A DNA stretch of 63,648 nt, counting the filler, from Thraustochytrium aureum (lineage: Eukaryota): the NCBI GenBank assembly GCA_012862495.1. It is 7 parts of 5 records of this genome, joined end to end, with 100 filler letters (N's around TTAATTAATTAA, not from the genome) between each part and the next. Parts side by side here need not be neighbours in the genome. Positions count along the whole stretch, not along the records: positions 52,932 to 58,397 come from BLSG01000199.1; positions 58,498 to 62,201 come from BLSG01000203.1; positions 62,302 to 63,648 come from BLSG01000206.1; 4 more parts are not named here. One strand, given 5' to 3'. Positions 55,901 to 63,648 of the stretch are shown one piece after another (within the stretch, counting starts at the first letter, position 1; each line of letters starts with the position of its first letter). The notes under the pieces are model-generated. The model did no database searches and had not been told where the DNA came from. It worked only from the letters and a program-made list of their open reading frames with translations. The position numbers were made by a program, and so were the translations under genes.

Positions 55901-57684
55901 AACTGGTCGAGAGCGTGGTTTGTGTAGCAAACGCAAATTACGGTCTCTCTCGTGTTCAAGAGGACGACCTTGCCAGCAACGGCGCCGCAAAGCGACTTGC
56001 CTGTCCCTGGCGGGCCTTGGATGAGTCCAACTCGTCGTGAGAGCGAATTGGCTATGGCCTCGCGCTGAGACTTGTCGAGACGAAGNNNNNNNNNNNNNNN
56101 NNNNNNNNNNNNNNNNNNNNNNNNNNNNNNNNNNNNNNNNNNNNNNNNNNNNNNNNNNNNNNNNNNNNNNNNNNNNNNNNNNNNNNNNNNNNNNNNNNNN
56201 NNNNNNNNNNNNNNNNNNNNNNNNNNNNNNNNNNNNNNNNNNNNNNNNNNNNNNNNNNNNNNNNNNNNNNNNNNNNNNNNNNNNNNNNNNNNNNNNNNNN
56301 NNNNNNNNNNNNNNNNNNNNNNNNNNNNNNNNNNNNNNNNNNNNNNNNNNNNNNNNNNNNNNNNNNNNNNNNNNNNNNNNNNNNNNNNNNNNNNNNNNNN
56401 NNNNNNNNNNNNNNNNNNNNNNNNNNNNNNNNNNNNNNNNNNNNNNNNNNNNNNNNNNNNNNNNNNNNNNNNNNNNNNNNNNNNNNNNNNNNNNNNNNNN
56501 NNNNNNNNNNNNNNNNNNNNNNNNNNNNNNNNNNNNNNNNNNNNNNNNNNNNNNNNNNNNNNNNNNNNNNNNNNNNNNNNNNNNNNNNNNNNNNNNNNNN
56601 NNNNNNNNNNNNNNNNNNNNNNNNNNNNNNNNNNNNNNNNNNNNNNNNNNNNNNNNNNNNNNNNNNNNNNNNNNNNNNNNNNNNNNNNNNNNNNNNNNNN
56701 NNNNNNNNNNNNNNNNNNNNNNNNNNNNNNNNNNNNNNNNNNNNNNNNNNNNNNNNNNNNNNNNNNNNNNNNGAGTGAACATGACCGCCGAAAGGTGCGT
56801 GACTGGAGACGCTCGTAGAGGCGCTTTTCTCCTGCGCTTAGGCTCTTTGCGTCGGCAAGTAGGAGCCTGACGTCGTCTCGCAAAGGGCCGACCATGTCCT
56901 CGCGCAGCACTCGAAAGAGCCGGTCGAGAGCCCTCTGCTCGTCCCCGAGGAGGTCGAGGTCGTTGATTGCATCATTTGCTTGGGGCAAGTATGCACGCTC
57001 TTCGCAGCACACCTCATCGGCGATCGGAGTCACGGATATCTCTCGAAAGTCCGAAAAGTCGTTGTTGTGTCGACCCCCGGGCGCGTCACGGAGCTTATCG
57101 AGCGTCAGGTCGGCGGAAGGTCTCGAGTTGTCGCCCTCGCCGCCCTTGATGACGAGGAGTGCGCGCTTGGCCGTGTCCGCAGTGCGCGTATCCCTGGACT
57201 CTGCAAGCAGAGTTGCGAGCCGCAAGATCCTTGTATTGCCCCGGAGGCCGATCGCCTCGTCTCCGCCGCCTTTCACCGCGGTAAGGACGAGCCACGCGAT
57301 CGGCAGTGTCTCGTCCAGGCCCTCTGTCTCCAGAGCTTTGGCGACACCAGTGATGAAGATGTTGGTGCCTGCGATGGCTCGCAGCACATCGAGGAGGATG
57401 TGCTGTCGCGCTCCGCAGGCGAGCTCCGGGTCGCCGAGGACCTCAAGCAAAGGCACAACCGCCGTTTCGATGAAACTGGGAGACGTGTCGATTGTCAAGG
57501 CTGCCTTCAAGGACTGCATGGCAGAATCGTTGCCCAGCAGGCCATCCAAGATCTCCACGCGAGGCGACAGGCCAGAAAGTTGTTCCAAGAACGATAGAGC
57601 TTCGTGGCTGCCTGCCAGAGTCAGAAGCTCCCCACGAAAGGCCCGCTGCATCAGCGTTCCAGTGGGGCGCCCACCGTATCCTTC
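52932..57684 (-). CDS. ZNFX1-like UPF1-family (SF1) RNA helicase with Cys/His-rich finger region and the start of a CbbX/SpoVK-like AAA domain; incomplete at both ends
   Basis: GGRHNNDFSDFREI, LFRVLREDM, IQGPPGTGKS, YTNHALDQF, VEEAGEILE, IGDHKQLRP, SLFERL, QHRMRP, TVDNYQGEE, RVNVLLSRAR, LPCGKHGC..RCH, AMDDLMKLTGMARIKEQF. Confidence 0.88.
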
Positions 57685-57902
57685 NNNNNNNNNNNNNNNN
57701 NNNNNNNNNNNNNNNNNNNNNNNNNNNNNNNNNNNNNNNNNNNNNNNNNNNNNNNNNNNNNNNNNNNNNNNNNNNNNNNNNNNNNNNNNNNNNNNNNNNN
57801 NNNNNNNNNNNNNNNNNNNNNNNNNNNNNNNNNNNNNNNNNNNNNNNNNNNNNNNNNNNATTCAACGCGGAGTTGGATCCTCCTTGCACAACGCACTGTT
57901 GT

Positions 57903-58054
57903 GCTTGTGACCAGCGAGCTGGCTTTGCTCAATCAGCTTTCGCGCAACTGCAAAAAGATCGCGGCGGGGAAGGCGCACCGTCGGGCTTGTGACCAGGGAG
58001 TTGGCTTTGCTCAATCGGCTTTCGCGCAACTGCAAAAGATCGCGGCGAAGGCGC
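57903..58054. repeat. Imperfect direct repeat, ~70-74 bp unit, 82-bp period
   Basis: GCTTGTGACCAG.GAG.TGGCTTTGCTCAATC.GCTTTCGCGCAACTGCAAAA(A)GATCGCGGCG at 57903 and 57985. Confidence 0.9.
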
Positions 58055-58397
58055 GTCTCCGTGGCACGACCTCTAAAAGAACAACGCAACAGCACCGAAC
58101 GTTTTTGTTCGCCAGACAGCACCGACAGGGTCGTCCCGCTGCGCCACAGAGGCGACTCGCTGGAGAGCAAAGACCCAGGCAAGCCCCATGAAGACCAGAC
58201 GCCAAACGAAAAGGGGTATCCAGATGACGCAAAACTTGACGGATGGCAGTCAGCCTCGCGGTTTTGACACGACACGTCCGTGACAAACTTGCTGATGGTC
58301 CACGTATTTGGCCCAAGCAACTTCCTCGCGAAGCATGTGAAGGCACGAGCCGCTGGCGTGCGAGCCGCAGCCACCAGCGGGTTGGATTTCCTGGTCC

Positions 58398-58497
58398 NNN
58401 NNNNNNNNNNNNNNNNNNNNNNNNNNNNNNNNNNNNNNNNNTTAATTAATTAANNNNNNNNNNNNNNNNNNNNNNNNNNNNNNNNNNNNNNNNNNNN
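58398..58497. other. Artificial scaffold linker
   Basis: TTAATTAATTAA at 58442-58453. Confidence 0.97.
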
Positions 58498-60629
58498 TAT
58501 CGCGAGCATCGCCGGCAACAAGACTGTGTGCAAGGGCGTCGAGCATGCCATCAAGAAGTACAACAAGGGCAGGCATCAGCTGCGCGCCTCGGACGCCGAG
58601 GAGGAAGACGTGAGAGCCATTCGGATCGTCGAGAGCTGCCTCGTGCCATTCAAGGGCGACGCTGACACGCTCTACTTTGTCACCAACCTCCCAGGCATTG
58701 AGTTCGTGGAGCAGGATTTTGTGGTCCAAGTCGAGGGCGGCGACCCGGCCAGCTGGGGGCTCAACCGAATCGACCAAGAGTCGCTCCCGCTCAGCAAAGG
58801 CGTCCCGTTCTCCTCTTCGCACACCGGCCGCGGCGTCAACATCTACGTCGTTGACACCGGTATCAACGTACTGCACAACGAGTTTGTCATCTCTGGCAAC
58901 AACCGCCGCAGCGCGTTCGGAGGCGACTTTGTCAAAGAGACCACGAAGGAGGACAACAACGGGCACGGGTCGCACTGCGCCGGAACGGCCGCCGGAAACA
59001 CGTACGGCATTGCTCGGGACGCTAACGTCATCGGTGTGAAAGTCTTGTCGGGCAGCGGTTCTGGCAGCACGTCTGGCGTGATCCAGGGCGTCGAGTGGGC
59101 CGTCAACGAAAACAAGGGCGTCGCTGGCGTCATCTCCATGTCGCTCGGTGGCGGCAAGAACAGCGCGATGAACAAGGCCGTCGAGGACGCGGCCAAGGCT
59201 GGCATGATCGTCGTCGTGGCCGCTGGCAACGAGAACCAGGACGCGTGCAGAGTATCACCGGCAAGCGCTGGCGGAAACGGCAAGAACGGTGGTGTGATCT
59301 CTGTTGGCTCCACCACGAGCTCGGACGACCGCTCAANNNNNNNNNNNNNNNNNNNNNNNNNNNNNNNNNNNNNNNNNNNNNNNNNNNNNNNNNNNNNNNN
59401 NNNNNNNNNNNNNNNNNNNNNNNNNNNNNNNNNNNNNNNNNNNNNNNNNNNNNNNNNNNNNNNNNNNNNNNNNNNNNNNNNNNNNNNNNNNNNNNNNNNN
59501 NNNNNNNNNNNNNNNNNNNNNNNNNNNNNNNNNNNNNNNNNNNNNNNNNNNNNNNNNNNNNNNNNNNNNNNNNNNNNNNNNNNNNNNNNNNNNNNNNNNN
59601 NNNNNNNNNNNNNNNNNNNNNNNNNNNNNNNNNNNNNNNNNNNNNNNNNNNNNNNNNNNNNNNNNNNNNNNNNNNNNNNNNNNNNNNNNNNNNNNNNNNN
59701 NNNNNNNNNNNNNNNNNNNNNNNNNNNNNNNNNNNNNNNNNNNNNNNNNNNNNNNNNNNNNNNNNNNNNNNNNNNNNNNNNNNNNNNNNNNNNNNNNNNN
59801 NNNNNNNNNNNNNNNNNNNNNNNNNNNNNNNNNNNNNNNNNNNNNNNNNNNNNNNNNNNNNNNNNNNNNNNNNNNNNNNNNNNNNNNNNNNNNNNNNNNN
59901 NNNNNNNNNNNNNNNNNNNNNNNNNNNNNNNNNNNNNNNNNNNNNNNNNNNNNNNNNNNNNNNNNNNNNNNNNNNNNNNNNNNNNNNNNNNNNNNNNNNN
60001 NNNNNNNNNNNNNNNNNNNNNNNNNNNNNNNNNNNNNNNNNNNNNNNNNNNNNNNNNNNNNNNNNNNNNNNNNNNNNNNNNNNNNNNNNNNNNNNNNNNN
60101 NNNNNNNNNNNNNNNNNNNNNNNNNNNNNNNNNNNNNNNNNNGGTGCCGCCCTCGCCGACGCCGGAGCCCACAAGCGCTCCGAGCCGAGCTCCGACGCCT
60201 CGTCCCACCAAAGCATGCCACAGCCTTGGAAAACGGGACTGCATGAAGCGGGCGGACTGCCTATTCGACACGTTGGGTGGGCGGAGAATGGAATGTTTCG
60301 ACCCAGTCACGACCCCGACGCGCAGTCCAACCCAACCACCGACGCTCTTCACGCCGAGTTGCGTGCGTCTAACGTTTGAAGAGGCAGATACCTTTTGCCA
60401 GAACGAAGGCAAACGCGTTTGCACACTTCGTGAGCTCGAGGTCGCGGGGACGACGCCGGAGTGCGATTTCGATGCGGAGCCCGTGTGGAGCAGCACAACG
60501 TGTTCCAAAGGACGCTCGCAGCGGACGTACACCAAGGCGAGGAATCGAAAGGGCTGCGTTCGACCGGATGTCGTTGCCGCATTTCGGTGCTGCACAAGCA
60601 CGAGCGGCCGCTCCGACCACAGTTCGTGA
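58498..60629 (+). CDS. Subtilisin (S8A, proteinase K/aqualysin-like) protease with Pro/Thr linker and Cys-rich C-terminal module; 5' truncated, gap 59337-60142
   Basis: SWGLNRIDQ, YVVDTG, GHGSHCAG, SMSLGG, VAAGN; after the gap PSPTPEPT... and TFEEADTFC...RVCTLREL...VWSSTTC. The catalytic Ser is in the gap. Confidence 0.9.
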
Positions 60630-61667
60630 GTTTTTGTTGAAAAATACTTGGTATCGACGGTATCGACCACAAGGCAGCTCCACATAGTCCAGGAGTTGAA
60701 ACGTGCGCGACAAAACGAGACCCCAGGAGCAGTAAGACAGCTTCTTTGTAAACATGAATACACAGATGCTTTGTAGTTCCTCATTCTGCGTTCCGCCTTG
60801 GCCACCTAACACCCGATGCTCTTGGAAATCGCGATGCGCCCGGAATCGCCAAGGCTGCCGGCGCAGGCTCGCCTGCGTGTTCCGAGGGTGGCAGCGCACC
60901 ACTAGAAAGACGCGAAGAACCAATTGTCGCCCTTGCGAGGTTCCGCACTTTCGAGCCACCTCGCTTGACGTGAGAGTTTGCAACGCTGCCTGGGAGAACG
61001 ACGGCCCGGCCGACACTGGCGCCTTCGTTCGGGAAGCAGGAAGCAGCACCTGAGTCGCCCATTTGACGCATGCGGAGAAATGCGAAGGAAAGGCGTCGCA
61101 GGGTCGACAGCAATCCAAGGCTTTCCTTCGCGCTGCGCGGAGTAGCGGATCCGCTCAGCTGGAATTCCCATGCTGGGGAGGCCTGCACCACATGTTCTGC
61201 TAGGGACCGCGGCACCGTCGGCAAGCACTTGATATGCGACTACTGTCTCCCTTGCCGGGGCGCGATACGCATTCGCCGTGCGCCGGGCCGCGGAAAGGTC
61301 ACACACGAGTGCTCGGGCCCGAGGCGGATTCCGACAACTGGCTTCTTGGTCGAAGGAAAGATAGCCCAGGCGATTCAGCCTCGTTGAACGTCACTTCGAC
61401 CGCCTCGCTGCATGCAAAACCAACGATCAAATGCACCACCCACGCGGCTGCAACGCCAAAGCCGCGCATCGACCGTCGGGCCGCGCGATCGCGGCACTCA
61501 CGACCGTGTTTACCGCCCTTCATCGTGCTTTTTTGGGGTTGGCGTCACAGTTTCATCGTGTACTTACCCTCTCGCGAAACGGCTCTCTGGTGCTTCGTCC
61601 ACAGTGGATGGGCCTTTTGCCCTGGATGTCGTGCCCTGGATGCTGTGCCCTGGATGTCGTGCAGAGA

Positions 61668-61895
61668 TGGAAGCCTAAAAGTACGATACTTGCTTGCTTG
61701 GGCCTTTCTGCTGGCGAACGGGACCATTTACGGCGCGCTCTCGGCGATGGGACTCTCCGAGACGTGTGTCTGAACCGCAATCATGGCCTTCTTCTTCGCG
61801 AGCAAGGCGGTCGTAGGTCAAACAGTGGGGCCGCGAGCGACGATCGCGTCTGGCCCCTTCCTTGTATGCGAGCCGAGTCGTCTCTATTGCCGATA
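61668..61895 (+). pseudogene. Possible decayed membrane-protein gene fragment
   Basis: Hydrophobic YLLAWAFLLANGTIYGALSAMGL...CV-TGA-TAIMAFFFASKAVV reads through an in-frame stop; no family recognised. Confidence 0.2.
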
Positions 61896-62201
61896 GCGCC
61901 GCGTCGCAGGTTTGATGGTGAAGCTCGCAGCTACTAGATGTTGGTTGGCAGAGTGGGGGACAGGCTGCTAGGCGCGCTGCTGTGACCTCCAAGCTATTTA
62001 TATTTACTCTTCGAGTGGAATCCGGGGCCGCCCTGCAGCGGCCCTGGTTGGCGCGGACGTGGCTGCTCCACCGATCGATTGCGGCCCTCGCCGGAGATCG
62101 CGTCCCACCAGATCTCGACTTGCAAGCAAACCCCAAACTCAGCAGCAGCAAGGCAAACCAAGAACGAAAGCAAATCCCGGCAACCTGTGACGAGCCAAGC
62201 G

Positions 62202-62301
62202 NNNNNNNNNNNNNNNNNNNNNNNNNNNNNNNNNNNNNNNNNNNNTTAATTAATTAANNNNNNNNNNNNNNNNNNNNNNNNNNNNNNNNNNNNNNNNNNN
62301 N
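62202..62301. other. Artificial scaffold linker
   Basis: TTAATTAATTAA at 62246-62257. Confidence 0.97.
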
Positions 62302-63648
62302 TTTGCGCGGTTTCGACGCGGATGCGGGAGAAGATGGGCCGGTGGCGGTGTTACCGTTGAGACGGTGGCAGATGTGAACGTGGAACGGCAGAGACGGGGA
62401 GGAGGTGATGCATGAGCTTGGCGACTCGTTCGCGCACGCCTCACAGCGCGGGCGCGAATCGGGACATTCCTTGCTCTCCCTGTCCACATCCGAGACCACC
62501 AGGCTAGGCTGCCTACCGTTTCTACCGTGCTGAGGGGAAGGAAGGCCAGGCGCGCGTCGCCCTCGACGAACGAAACGTTTCACGATCGAAATCGAGGCCG
62601 CCCAAGCGGGAAAGGCAAGCGCGATTTCGGCGCGCGGAGGCGATGTCGACGTTCAGGCAGCATAGGGCAGAGATCGAGAAGCGCAAGACACGTGGCCGGC
62701 GTCCCGTTGACAGTCTGCCTCGGTCTGAGAGCTCTAGTTTTCTTGAGCCGCTCGCGTTCAACAAAGCTGCGCTGCTTCACGCGCGGCCGGCGGCGGCGGC
62801 GCAAGGACCGGCCGCCCGACGAAATGCGCTAGCCAGGCGCCCAGCCAGCGCTGTTGCGCAGCACAAGGGCCTTTGTTTGCCAAAGCGGCCCTATTCGGCT
62901 CGCGAGGTTGTGCACGAGGCTGTTCTGCAGCGCAGAGCGCACAGGCAGGAAAGACTTGGCCAGTCTCGGGGAGCGCGCTGCCTCAAGTAGGCCCCCGCTC
63001 AAGTAGCCAATCGGGACCTTTGAAAGCCAGTCCTGTTCTTGGGCACCGTGGGCCACGGACCCAAGACGGCTTCTCCGTCAAGATATCTGCGCTTGCGCTG
63101 CATCAGACAGCAGCAAGGGAAGCAAAGCATCTGCGCGTTGAAATCCATCGCGAGGACCCCCCCGATAGCCGTGCGACGCGCCAGGATTCTGGAGACCCGG
63201 TAACCCCTGCGACCCCGAACTCGCCGCTCGCGTGCTGGGGAGAAGAGGACCCATCGCGTGGCTGAAAGCCCGCTCGCCCCTAGATAGCAACTGCTGTCTG
63301 GGCGCGCTCGATGTACTGATAGGTGTTTGCTTTTTGCAGATCCAGAACGCCCAAAACCTTACCCTTGCCGTCACAAAGTTCGTTCTGCTGCCTGGAGTGA
63401 GCCGAGGCAACACTCGTTGAGCTTCTGCGCGGATTGGCCGATCGGACGCCCACAGCGAGAGCAAGCAAGTCCCAAGGCTTTGCATGTTGGCAGGCTCCTT
63501 TTGCCGCAATCGCAAACGCTTCCCGCTTCGAGCAAGCACGAGGGACTTGCCCACTTTCAAACAAGCGCACCAGAGTGCAATCGAAAGCATAGACTTGCGC
63601 AGGTGCTGCCCTCGACCCCTGCTGCCTGGCACAAAGCCGCGGCTGACA

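Noticed and set aside
1357..60805. Long ORF-track entries running through X stretches or antisense to real genes
   Set aside because: These result from translating N gaps and from high GC3, which keeps shadow frames open.
58265..61773. TGA reassignment or selenocysteine at in-frame TGAs (58265, 61771)
   Set aside because: Clear genes here terminate at TGA (RING E3, GDT1, aminopropyltransferase), and these two frames have no demonstrable homology.
21513..62301. Six copies of palindromic TTAATTAATTAA as a biological repeat or piggyBac-like TTAA site
   Set aside because: Each sits in exactly 44+44 Ns and gives stops in all six frames; it is an assembly linker, so adjacency across it is meaningless.

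Overview
GC-rich, intron-poor, gene-dense eukaryotic nuclear DNA, most likely from a heterotrophic stramenopile such as a thraustochytrid (inferred from gene content and intron style, not proven). The window is not contiguous: six artificial 100-nt linkers (44 N + TTAATTAATTAA + 44 N) join seven scaffolds (1-21512, 21613-27800, 27901-45409, 45510-52831, 52932-58397, 58498-62201, 62302-63648), each with internal N gaps. Many genes carry single-base indels in short base runs, which look like sequencing errors. About 27 genes or gene fragments are recognisable, mostly housekeeping: RanBP9/10-like, class II HDAC, EF-hand protein, metacaspase, CDF and ZIP transporters, CysRS, COA3-like, GrpE, GDT1, RING E3, O-fucosyltransferase-like, mitochondrial RNA polymerase, multicopper oxidase, SYLF-WW-SH3 protein, aminopropyltransferase, peroxisomal SDR, myosin, ZNFX1-like helicase and subtilisin. 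The most interesting signal is a tandem paralog pair (23875-27800, minus strand). Each copy has a channelrhodopsin-TM7-like WYTRF segment followed by a degenerate response-regulator receiver domain, and both lose their 5' part at exactly the same homologous base. They are candidate unannotated anion channelrhodopsins, but the opsin domain itself is not visible. Also notable are a p10-before-p20 (type III) metacaspase, a ZNFX1-like helicase apparently fused to a CbbX/SpoVK-type AAA module, an orphan EGF-like 7TM protein and a thermospermine-synthase-like enzyme.
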